This document shows positions 25,723 through 34,368 of a stretch of 64,000 nucleotides of DNA, piece after piece. The stretch comes from an uncultured Oscillospiraceae bacterium (GTDB taxonomy: Bacteria; Bacillota; Clostridia; Oscillospirales; Oscillospiraceae), in NCBI GenBank assembly GCA_944386055.1, contig CALWZP010000008.1, forward strand, positions 28,671 through 92,670. Reading direction: 5' to 3'. Position numbers and translations under genes: made by a program. A model generated the notes under the pieces. It made no database searches, had not been told where the DNA came from, and worked only from the letters and a program-made list of their open reading frames with translations. The stretch's first letter is position 1; the number at the start of each line of letters is the position of its first letter.

Positions 25723-26651
25723 TGCGATTGAAATGGCGAGAGGCCTTGAGAAGGGCTGGAGCGGGAGATGCAGCTTCAGTCTCTTTTCCCATGGATGGAA
25801 AAGTTTATCAGAGAATATTTCGCCCAGAGACACGGCTGATTTTGTTGGGAGCGGGCCATGTGGCACAGGCTCTGTGCGGCTATGGGGCGGAGCTGGGGTT
25901 CCGCGTGAATGTAGTAGATGATCGGCCGGAATTTATTACACAGGAGCGGTTTCCCCAGGCGGCGCAATTGCTTTGCGGAAGCTATCCTGCGGTGATCCGA
26001 GATCTGAAGATAGGCACGCAGGACTTTGTGGCGGTGATGACTCGAGGCCACCGCTATGATACCCTGTGTGTTTGTGCCATCCTGGAGGGTGAATTGCCAA
26101 GCTATTTGGGAGTTATCGGCTCCCGGCACAAGGCGCAGGCGCTGCTGGAGCTGCTGGCGACGGAGGGATTTTCCAGGGAGACATTGGACAAGATCCATAC
26201 GCCCATCGGACTGGACATTGGAGCCTTGACTGTACAGGAGATCGCCGTATCCATTGTAGCGGAATTAATCCAGCACAGACGGAAGAAAACGCCCAGAGCC
26301 CATGGGGCCACTTTGCTGATAGAGGATGGACTGGACCCGGCGCTGGCAGTAGCGACCCAACAACAGGAGAAAAACTGGGTATTGGCGATGGTCTATGAGA
26401 CAACGGGTTCTACGCCGGCGAAGACTGGAGCCATGATGTTGGCAGATAGGACTGGAAACACAATTGGGACTGTCGGCGGCGGAAACGGAGAATATAGAGT
26501 GGTGCAGCAGGCACGCAGCATAGCTGGTACCGGTGACTGTATCAGCATGACTCTGGATTTGGACAACCCCTTGGCCGAGCCGGAGGGAATGGTTTGCGGA
26601 GGAACCATGAAAGTGATGTTGATAGATATGGGAGAACCGGAGGAAAGATAA
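25719..26651 (+). CDS. xdhC: XdhC/CoxI family molybdenum-hydroxylase maturation protein
   Basis: It has the Rossmann-like motif RLILLGAGHVAQAL plus VMTRGH..D and IGSR.K..., with an ATGA overlap with the upstream gene. Confidence 0.8.
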   Translation: MMRLKWREALRRAGAGDAASVSFPMDGKVYQRIFRPETRLILLGAGHVAQALCGYGAELGFRVNVVDDRPEFITQERFPQAAQLLCGSYPAVIRDLKIGTQDFVAVMTRGHRYDTLCVCAILEGELPSYLGVIGSRHKAQALLELLATEGFSRETLDKIHTPIGLDIGALTVQEIAVSIVAELIQHRRKKTPRAHGATLLIEDGLDPALAVATQQQEKNWVLAMVYETTGSTPAKTGAMMLADRTGNTIGTVGGGNGEYRVVQQARSIAGTGDCISMTLDLDNPLAEPEGMVCGGTMKVMLIDMGEPEER

Positions 26652-26749
26652 CTGCAAGGAAAGGCAGAAGAGGCGTGAGTTTGGCGGAAAGCCTGTAGAC
26701 TTTCCGATACTGCAGTGTGCTTGAAAGGGCCTTGAAGGGGAACACGCGT

Positions 26750-27679
26750 TTATATTTGATGGAGATCAGATGCCGGCAAGGGAAGTTTGTCCCCCCCGCC
26801 ATAGAGCTCCCGCAGCACGGCGAGGAACTCGGCGGCGGCGCTGTTGCCGCTGCGGGGATCCCAGCCCACGGCGTTGACGGTGAGAGCGTCGTCTCCGGGA
26901 ATGGGGAAGGAGCGGACATGCTCGGTGTTGATGCTCTTCCCCGCCGCGCCGGGGAAGAGGGTGAAGCCCATTCCAGCGTTGGTGAAGGCAGCCACCGCAC
27001 GCAGGTCGTTGCAGGCGATGATGTTCCCCGTGTCGAAGCCCCGAGCCCGGCAGATGGAGAACACCTGATCCACCAGGAAGGGCCCCTCGGACCGGGACTC
27101 GGTGATCAGAGGGAGGGGGGCGAGGGAGGTAAAGTCGTCCGGGTCCACCCGGCCGGCGAAGGTGTCCGGGACGAACAGATGAAAGCGGTCCTCATCGGTG
27201 ACCAGATAGGACAGGCTCTCGTTGGACTGAAGCAGGGTCTGGAAAGAGAAATAAAAGTCGTATTCCCCCTTGTTGATGGCGGACATCTGCACCATCCCGG
27301 TGGAGAACTCCAGATCGATCTGGACCTGGGGACAGCGGCGGCTGAACACCGCCAGCACCCGGTGGACCACATGGTCCAGGGTGCTGATGGCGGACAGGCG
27401 GATATGGCCTGTTTTTCCCAGCGCGATATTGCGTACCCGCCGCTTGGCGGAGGCGGTCATATCCAATACAGACAGGGCATAGCGGAAGAACTCCTCCCCT
27501 TCCCGGGTAAGAGCCACCTGGTGGCTGCTGCGCAGGAACAGCCTGGCTCCCAGTTCCTTTTCCAGCTCGGTGATGCGCCGGCTGATGGCGGGCTGGGTGA
27601 TATAGTGCAGCTTGGCCGCCTGAGTGAAGTTTAAAGTCTGCGCGACGGAGACAAAATAGCGGAGCTGGTCAAAATCCAT
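26750..27679 (-). CDS. LysR family transcriptional regulator
   Basis: The N-terminus is MDFDQLRYFVSVAQTLNFTQAAKLHYITQPAISRRITELEKELG. It is divergent from the enoate-reductase operon. Confidence 0.9.
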   Translation of the reverse strand: MDFDQLRYFVSVAQTLNFTQAAKLHYITQPAISRRITELEKELGARLFLRSSHQVALTREGEEFFRYALSVLDMTASAKRRVRNIALGKTGHIRLSAISTLDHVVHRVLAVFSRRCPQVQIDLEFSTGMVQMSAINKGEYDFYFSFQTLLQSNESLSYLVTDEDRFHLFVPDTFAGRVDPDDFTSLAPLPLITESRSEGPFLVDQVFSICRARGFDTGNIIACNDLRAVAAFTNAGMGFTLFPGAAGKSINTEHVRSFPIPGDDALTVNAVGWDPRSGNSAAAEFLAVLRELYGGGDKLPLPASDLHQI

Positions 27680-27743
27680 AACGGATCCCCCCGATGCCGT
27701 GCTGTTCGGGGGCCCCCGGATAACACGGCCGTTTTTTTCATTC

Positions 27744-27766
27744 TACAATAACATTTTGTTATTGTA
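27744..27766. promoter_or_regulatory. LysR-type operator: perfect inverted repeat TACAATAAC-N5-GTTATTGTA containing a T-N11-A core
   Basis: Read directly from the sequence. It lies in an AT-rich patch between the divergent LysR gene and the reductase gene. Confidence 0.55.
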
Positions 27767-27900
27767 AACAAAAAAAGCGGCATTTCCCTTGTGGAAATCT
27801 TCATGCTATGCTATGGCTGTCATCAGTGGGCAGGAGCGCCCGCTGTCCCCGGAGCGGGGCGCTGCCGGGGGCCATCCGTATGAAAAAAGGAGCGTCTGAT

Positions 27901-29832
27901 ATGAGCTACAAGCATCTGTTCACGCCGGTGAAGATCGGCAACTGTGAGATCCCCAACCGCATCGCGGTGACCGCCATGGTGTGCAGCATGTGCACCGAGG
28001 AGGGCGACGCCACCGAGCGCTATCTGAAGTACCACGAGGCCAAGGCCCGGGGCGGCTACGGCCTGATCATCACCGAGGATTACCGGGTCAACGCCCATGC
28101 GGGCGGCTATAAGTATGTGGCCGGCATTTATAAGGAGTCCCAGATCGAGGGCCACCGCAAGGTGGTGGAGGCGGTGCACAAGTACGGCACCAAGATCTTC
28201 TGTCAGATCTACCACGCCGGCCGCCAGTCCAGCAGCAGCGTCAACGGCGGCGTACAGATCGTGGCGCCCTCTCCCACCTCCAGCCCCTGGAACCGCGACC
28301 TGGCCCGGGAGCTGACCATTCCCGAGATCAAGCAGATTGTCAAGGACTTCGGCAACACCGCCGCCAACGCCAAGAAGGCGGGCTTTGACGGCATCGAGAT
28401 CCACGCGGGCAACGGCTATCTCATCGCGGGATTCATGTCCTTCCACAGCAACAAGCGCACCGACGAGTACGGCGGTTGCTTTGCCAACCGGATGCGCTTC
28501 TTCGACGAGGTGTACCACGCCGTGCGGGAGGCGGTGGGCCCCGACTTCCCCATCATGGTGCGCTTCTCCGCCGACGAGCATACCCTGTCCGGCCGCACTC
28601 TGGAGGAGTCCAAGATGGTGGCCAAGCACATGGAGGAGCTGGGGGTGGACGCCATCAACTGCTCCAACGGCATCTACGGCACCTACAACCCCGGCCAGGT
28701 GTCCCCCTCCTATCAGCCCCACGCCTGGACCATCGGCAACGCCAAGGCCCTGAAGGAGATCGTGAAGATCCCCGTGCTGGGCGTCAACTCCATCGACGAC
28801 CCGCACATGGCGGAGTCCCTGCTGGACCAGGGCTACTGCGACATCGTGGGGATGAGCCGCTGCTCCCTGGCCGACCCCGATATGCCCAACAAGGCCAAAG
28901 CGGGAGAGGACGAGCGCATCCGTCCCTGCATCCGCTGCATGCAGGGCTGCGTGACCAGCACCTATCTGCAGATCCCCATGCGCTGCTGCGTCAACCCCGA
29001 GATGAACCGGGAGTATCTGTACACCTTTGAGGACAAGCCCGCGCCCAAGAAGGTGCTGGTGGTGGGCGGCGGCGTCGCCGGCATGCAGGCCGCCATCGCC
29101 GCGGCCCGCCGGGGACACGATGTCACCCTGTGGGAGAAGAGCGACGCCCTGGGCGGACAGTTCATCGCCGCGGCCTATCCTCCGGGAAAGGGCGACTATG
29201 TCACCTACACCTGCTATATGATCAACGAGCTGAAGGTGCAGAAGGTAAAGGTGGAGATGAACAAGAACGCCACCGCCGATGCGGTGCGCGCCTTCGGCGC
29301 CGACAAGGTGATTCTCGCCACCGGCGGCCTGCCCAACCGCCCCCGTGTGCCCGGCATCGACCGTGAGAATGTCTACTTTGCCGAGGATATCCTCCGCGGC
29401 CGGGTGCTGCCCGAGGGCCGTATTCTGGTGGCCGGCGGCGGCGAAGTGGGCGTGGAGACCGCCATGCACCTGGCCGACGCCGAGCGGGGCGAGATCACCG
29501 TGGTGGAGATGACCGGCGGAATCTGCGCCGGCGCCGACGGCACCCGCGTGGTGGCGATGAAGAAGTTCCTCAACGAGCGGGAAGTGCGCCTGATGCTGAA
29601 CACCAAGGTGCTGGAGTTCTGCGCCAACGGCGTGCTGGTGGAGCAGAGGGGCCGGATCCGGCTGATCCCCTGCGACCATGTGGTGGTGTCCATGGGCTAT
29701 CACCCCAACAACGCCCTGGCGGAGGAACTGAAGGACCTGGGCGACAAGATGGTGGTCGTGGGCGACGCCGTCAAGTGTGCCAACGCCATGGAGGCCGGCG
29801 TGTCCGGCTTCGAGGCGGGCTACAACGCCTGA
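27901..29832 (+). CDS. FMN/[4Fe-4S]/FAD enoate reductase family oxidoreductase (OYE-like N-domain, 2,4-dienoyl-CoA reductase/2-enoate reductase type)
   Basis: The ORF was trimmed to MSYKHLFTPVKIGN.EIPNRI (ATG after AAAGGAG). It carries HAGRQ, the Fe-S motif RPCIRCMQGC, and VLVVGGGVAGMQAA plus a second dinucleotide fold. Confidence 0.85.
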   Translation: MSYKHLFTPVKIGNCEIPNRIAVTAMVCSMCTEEGDATERYLKYHEAKARGGYGLIITEDYRVNAHAGGYKYVAGIYKESQIEGHRKVVEAVHKYGTKIFCQIYHAGRQSSSSVNGGVQIVAPSPTSSPWNRDLARELTIPEIKQIVKDFGNTAANAKKAGFDGIEIHAGNGYLIAGFMSFHSNKRTDEYGGCFANRMRFFDEVYHAVREAVGPDFPIMVRFSADEHTLSGRTLEESKMVAKHMEELGVDAINCSNGIYGTYNPGQVSPSYQPHAWTIGNAKALKEIVKIPVLGVNSIDDPHMAESLLDQGYCDIVGMSRCSLADPDMPNKAKAGEDERIRPCIRCMQGCVTSTYLQIPMRCCVNPEMNREYLYTFEDKPAPKKVLVVGGGVAGMQAAIAAARRGHDVTLWEKSDALGGQFIAAAYPPGKGDYVTYTCYMINELKVQKVKVEMNKNATADAVRAFGADKVILATGGLPNRPRVPGIDRENVYFAEDILRGRVLPEGRILVAGGGEVGVETAMHLADAERGEITVVEMTGGICAGADGTRVVAMKKFLNEREVRLMLNTKVLEFCANGVLVEQRGRIRLIPCDHVVVSMGYHPNNALAEELKDLGDKMVVVGDAVKCANAMEAGVSGFEAGYNA

Positions 29833-29877
29833 GCACAGGAAAATACCGCGGACGCTGAGAGAGGGAGGGAACCTGTC

Positions 29878-31065
29878 ATGCTTGCGATCCGAAATGTCAC
29901 GGTGGCGGACGGCACCGGAACCGTCACCACGCTGCTGATAGAAAACGGGACCATTGTTGCCAATGGGAAGGATGCGGCGATCCCTGCGGAGGCGGGCGTC
30001 ATCGCTGGGGAGGGACTGTATGTCCTGCCCGGGTTCATTGACGCGCACACCCACATGGGCGGCTCCAGCGCCTTCGATCACCCCCCTGCCGGGAGCCGCC
30101 ATGAGACTTACGGTTATATCGAGGCCCGGGAGGGCTTCCTGAACTGGGGCGTCACCGCGGTGCGCAGCTGCGGCGACCGGTCAGAGGACATGCTGGCCTT
30201 TCGGGCGGATGTCCGCGCCGGCAAGGAACGCTCCCCCCGGCTGGTGTGCTGCGGGCCGTTCTTCCAGGCGGAGAACGGACACCCCTGGGCCACGGTATAT
30301 ATGAAGAGTGAGCTGCTTTTGAAGGACGCGGCGATCTTTGTGGACCAGCGGGTGCCGGTGGAGCGCCGGGTGGCCGCTGTGGCCGGCATGGGGGTGGACT
30401 TCATCAAGGTGTTCTACGCCCACCTGAACAAGATGGACTATCCCAATCCGGTGTCCCGCCTGACCAAGGAGCAGCTCAAGCGCGTCGTGGACAGTGCCCA
30501 CCGCAGCGGGCTGAAGTGCGCCGTCCATGTGGACGGCCCGGCGGAGATGATGGATGCGGCCGAGGCCGGGGCCGACTTCATCGAGCACATGATCGGCGCG
30601 GGCGGCACCGACACGGAGTTCACCGACGAGATGGTGCAGAAGGTGAAGGACAGCGGCGCCGTGGTGGACCCCACCATGATCTCCATCCTGCGCTTTGACA
30701 ACACCCCCGGCTTCCCCTCGGTCTGGGAGGCGCTGAAAAAGGCGGTAAAGCAGTTCTACGACGCGGGCATCCCCCTGGCGGTGGGCTGCGATTCCGGCAT
30801 CCCCTTCGTCCCCTTCGGGGAGTCCCTGCATGATGAGATGGCCTGCCTCAATGAGGCGGGCATCCCCGCGGCGGACATCCTGAAGATGGTCAGCCGCACC
30901 AACGCCAGGGTGCTGGGGCTGGAGGACCAGCTGGGTTCCCTGGAGGTGGGGAAGAAGGCGGACATCGTCCTGCTGGGCTCCGACCCCGTGAAGGACATCC
31001 ACAACACCCGGGACATCCGTCTGGTGCTGCTGGACGGCCATGTGGCGGTGGACCGGATGGGCTGA
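29878..31065 (+). CDS. Amidohydrolase family metallo-hydrolase
   Basis: It has LPGFIDAHTHMGG (the HxH metal motif) plus later H/D motifs, a size of about 395 aa, and a GGGAGGGA SD. Confidence 0.8.
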   Translation: MLAIRNVTVADGTGTVTTLLIENGTIVANGKDAAIPAEAGVIAGEGLYVLPGFIDAHTHMGGSSAFDHPPAGSRHETYGYIEAREGFLNWGVTAVRSCGDRSEDMLAFRADVRAGKERSPRLVCCGPFFQAENGHPWATVYMKSELLLKDAAIFVDQRVPVERRVAAVAGMGVDFIKVFYAHLNKMDYPNPVSRLTKEQLKRVVDSAHRSGLKCAVHVDGPAEMMDAAEAGADFIEHMIGAGGTDTEFTDEMVQKVKDSGAVVDPTMISILRFDNTPGFPSVWEALKKAVKQFYDAGIPLAVGCDSGIPFVPFGESLHDEMACLNEAGIPAADILKMVSRTNARVLGLEDQLGSLEVGKKADIVLLGSDPVKDIHNTRDIRLVLLDGHVAVDRMG

Positions 31066-31111
31066 TCCGGTCTGGCTTTTGCGATACGCGATACTCCTCA
31101 TTCTAATCATT

Positions 31112-31148
31112 GGGAAGCCCCCGGCGCTGTAAGCGCCGGGGGCTTCCC
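31112..31148. terminator. Bidirectional terminator hairpin
   Basis: Perfect 16-bp stem GGGAAGCCCCCGGCGC-tgta-GCGCCGGGGGCTTCCC between two convergent genes. Confidence 0.7.
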
Positions 31149-31161
31149 GCGTCCGAGAAGA

Positions 31162-32070
31162 CTACCCCTGCCGGCGGGGAGGCGGCTCCGGGGGAAACAG
31201 CTCCTCCACGGTATCCCAAAAACGAAGGGCGGCGGGGTTGGAACAATCCCTTCGGCGGGCGGCGATGGATACCATCTTCTGGGGGGTATCCAGGGGGATC
31301 ACCGCCACCTCGTCCCGGGGCCAGTTCTCCACGATGGAGGCGGGCAGGACAGACACCCCCATTCCCGCCGCCACCGAGATGAGCACCGAGTCCGCACGGT
31401 TGTACAGGTTGACCACCTTGGGGACATAGTGCAGGGAGCGGCAGATCTGCAGCACCTGGTCGTGGAGGACGGGGCCCTCCGCCCGGGCGGTGGCGATGAA
31501 GGGACGGTCCCGCAGGGAGGACAGGTCGCCGGGAGTGACCTGCCCCTCCTCTCCCCGAGGGACAATGAGGCAGAAGGGGCTGCGGTCGATGACCAGCTGG
31601 GTCATCCGGTGCTGGCTGGGGAGCAGCCCCTCCACGGCAAAGTAGAGGTCGAAGCTCTCCTCCTGCAGGGCGTGCATCAGCTCTCTGCCGTTAAAAAAGC
31701 TGACATCCACCTGTACCTCCGGACAGCGCTGATAGAAGGCGGACAGGCACCGCCCCAGCCGGGAGGGGGAGGCGGCCAGCGTGGCCACCGCGATGCGGCC
31801 CACCCGCCCCTCGGCGATGTTCACCGCCCGGGCCTGGGCAGCCTCCAGCCGCTCCAGGATGTCGGCGGCGTCGTCCCAGAAGGCGCGTCCCGCCTCGGTG
31901 AGGCGCACCTGATGGCTGCTGCGGCGGAACAGCTTTACCTGGAGGGACTGCTCCAGCGCGCTGATTTGACTGCTGATGGCGGGCTGGGAGATGAAATGGC
32001 GCCGGGCCGCCTCGGTAAAGTTCAGCGTCTCCGCCACAGTGACGAAATATCGAAGCTGGTTGATGTCCAT
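31162..32070 (-). CDS. LysR family transcriptional regulator
   Basis: The N-terminus is MDINQLRYFVTVAETLNFTEAARRHFISQPAISSQISALEQSL. Confidence 0.9.
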   Translation of the reverse strand: MDINQLRYFVTVAETLNFTEAARRHFISQPAISSQISALEQSLQVKLFRRSSHQVRLTEAGRAFWDDAADILERLEAAQARAVNIAEGRVGRIAVATLAASPSRLGRCLSAFYQRCPEVQVDVSFFNGRELMHALQEESFDLYFAVEGLLPSQHRMTQLVIDRSPFCLIVPRGEEGQVTPGDLSSLRDRPFIATARAEGPVLHDQVLQICRSLHYVPKVVNLYNRADSVLISVAAGMGVSVLPASIVENWPRDEVAVIPLDTPQKMVSIAARRRDCSNPAALRFWDTVEELFPPEPPPRRQG

Positions 32071-32268
32071 AACCGCGTTTCCCTCCCTTATTTTCTCCTC
32101 CTCAGTGTAACGAAAAAACGCAGTGCTGTAAAGGGGTTGAGGGACTTCTATAAGACAAAGTTATGGACCGGACCGGATTCTCTATTTCCGTCCCCGGGGA
32201 AGGGGGATTACAATAAAAGAGACCATCCGGCCTGATCGGCAGGCACGGAAAACGACAAAACGGAGGGA

Positions 32269-33807
32269 ATGGACATGATCCGAAAAGCGAGCGACATCAA
32301 GCTGAAGGTGCTGCCCGTCCTGTTTGGGATGGAGCATCTGTACTACTACGAGGGGCCCTGCCGCCTGGTGGACGGCGAGGCGCTGCAGCCGGGCTTTGAC
32401 AAGATCGGCAACGAGATGTTCTGGAAGGGCTTTCTGGACAACATCGCCCAATATATGCCCGCCGGGGTGGAGGTGCTGGAGCCCGTCCGGGGCGGACGCA
32501 CCGACGACTGGGACAACAAGGAGACCATGTGGGAGACCTTTGCCCAGGCGGTGTCCGGGGCGGATGTGGCCTTTGTGTTCAGTAACCTGGGGGTGGACGA
32601 CCTGGCCATCGAGTTCCATCTCCGTTTCCCCATCCCTATGGTGATCTGTCCCACCAGCTCCTACTCCCCCACCCAGGTGTACGCCGCGCTGAAGGCCAAA
32701 GGGAGGGGGGAGGAGCTCTACGCCCCCATGAGCTGGACGAGGGTGCCCCTGCTGTTCACCGCCCTGCGGGCCCGGAAGGTGATCCGCAGCACCCGCATCC
32801 TGCTGGCCAGCCGGGGAAGCTCCACCGTCAGCTACGCCTCGCCGGACACCTTCGCCGACCAGGACCGCATCACCCGGAAGCTGGGGGTGCTGTTCCGCCA
32901 TGTGAGCATCCATGAGGTGATGGACCAGATGTCCCCGGCCCTCCCGGGGGGCAATCCCACCACCCCGGGCCGCAGGACCCTGGACCTGACGGAGGAGGAC
33001 CGGGCGGAGATGGAACGCCTGGCGGACGAGCTGCTGGGCGGCGCCCAGTATGCCGATGTGGAGCGGCAGTACCTGCTCAACTCCCTGGCGGCCTATCTCA
33101 CGGTGAAAAAGCACATGGACTTCGCCGACTGCAACGCCTTCACCGCCCCCTGCCCCGACGCCTGCTCCACCCGGCGGATGAACGAGCAGAAGTTCACCTT
33201 CTGCCTCACCCACTCCCTGCTCAACGAGCAGGGGATCCCCTCCGCCTGCGAGTTCGACGCCAACTCCGCCCTGTCCATGCAGGCGCTCATCGCGGTGTCG
33301 GGACAGTCCCCCTATATGGGCAACACCTCCCCCCTGCCCTATGAGAACGGCGGCTTTATGCCCCTGGCCGGCCTGTCGGAGGAGCGCAAGGCCGCCCTGC
33401 TGGCCGATCCGGAGAACCTGTATTACATGCACCACTCCGTTCCCCACCGCTGCATGCGCCGGCCGGATAAGAGGGAGCCTTACGGCCTGAATCATTTCGC
33501 CTATGAGCAGAAGTTCGGCGCGGTGCTGCGCTATGACTTCGAGCGGGACAGGGGCCAGGTGGTGACGGTGTGCCGCTTCTCCCCCGACGGGGAGAAGATG
33601 CTCATCGGCCGGGGCGAGGTCGTGGGGGGCGACGGCTATCAGATGCCCAACTGCCGTACCACCGTCATCTTCCGGGTGAAGGACCAGGAGGACTTCTACC
33701 GCAAGCAGCTGGAGGTGGGCAATCACTGCGCCCTGGTGTTCGGCGACTATACCAGGGAGCTGGCCGCCCTGGCGGAGGTGCTGGGGGTGGAGGCCCTGAT
33801 GGCCTGA
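32269..33807 (+). CDS. Uncharacterised protein, possibly of the L-fucose/L-arabinose isomerase-like superfamily
   Basis: A 512-aa protein with an AACGGAGGGA SD. The C-terminal GNHCALVFGDYTRELAALAEVLGVE resembles the end of FucI/AraA-like isomerases. The assignment is from memory only. Confidence 0.4.
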   Translation: MDMIRKASDIKLKVLPVLFGMEHLYYYEGPCRLVDGEALQPGFDKIGNEMFWKGFLDNIAQYMPAGVEVLEPVRGGRTDDWDNKETMWETFAQAVSGADVAFVFSNLGVDDLAIEFHLRFPIPMVICPTSSYSPTQVYAALKAKGRGEELYAPMSWTRVPLLFTALRARKVIRSTRILLASRGSSTVSYASPDTFADQDRITRKLGVLFRHVSIHEVMDQMSPALPGGNPTTPGRRTLDLTEEDRAEMERLADELLGGAQYADVERQYLLNSLAAYLTVKKHMDFADCNAFTAPCPDACSTRRMNEQKFTFCLTHSLLNEQGIPSACEFDANSALSMQALIAVSGQSPYMGNTSPLPYENGGFMPLAGLSEERKAALLADPENLYYMHHSVPHRCMRRPDKREPYGLNHFAYEQKFGAVLRYDFERDRGQVVTVCRFSPDGEKMLIGRGEVVGGDGYQMPNCRTTVIFRVKDQEDFYRKQLEVGNHCALVFGDYTRELAALAEVLGVEALMA

Positions 33808-33808
33808 G

Positions 33809-34234
33809 ATGGACGACCGGCGCCTTGAAGCGGCCCGGGCACGCATCCGGCTGGGACAGCGGGCCGCCGCCGGCCAGGCCCGGGCCGCCCGGGAGGACCC
33901 GGCCCTGACCAGACAGTCCCTGGAGGGCTATCTGCGGCAATACATCCTGGAGAAGTTCCTGCTGGCGGACTGCCCTCCGGAGACCGACGAGCTGGGCGTG
34001 CTGGCGAGGGAGAGCCTGGCCCGGAGCATGTCCATGGCCCCGGGGCTGGCGGCCATCTACGACACCTCGGCGGGGTGCAGCTCCGCCAGCTCGGTGGACA
34101 CCAAGCTGGCCCTGCTTCTGCTGGCGGTGCAGAAGGACTTCCGGGTCCGGCTGGATCCCGCCCGGGCGGTACGGGCGGAGCGGGTGCCGGAACTGACGGA
34201 TATGATCTGGGAGAACTTGAGAAAGGGACTGTAA
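33809..34234 (+). CDS. Hypothetical protein (141 aa)
   Basis: The ATG lies 1 nt after the upstream stop, on the same strand, and a GC hairpin follows. I recognise no family. Confidence 0.5.
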   Translation: MDDRRLEAARARIRLGQRAAAGQARAAREDPALTRQSLEGYLRQYILEKFLLADCPPETDELGVLARESLARSMSMAPGLAAIYDTSAGCSSASSVDTKLALLLLAVQKDFRVRLDPARAVRAERVPELTDMIWENLRKGL

Positions 34235-34368
34235 GGGAGGGGGCGCGCCGCGCCCCCTTCTCTGATTCCGGGCGGTCTGACAGGGCAAAACGGATGGAAC
34301 CGCCGGGCACAACCTTTATCACGGGATAATTTTGATGAAAAAATGTTGCAAGCGGGCCGGAGTATGAT

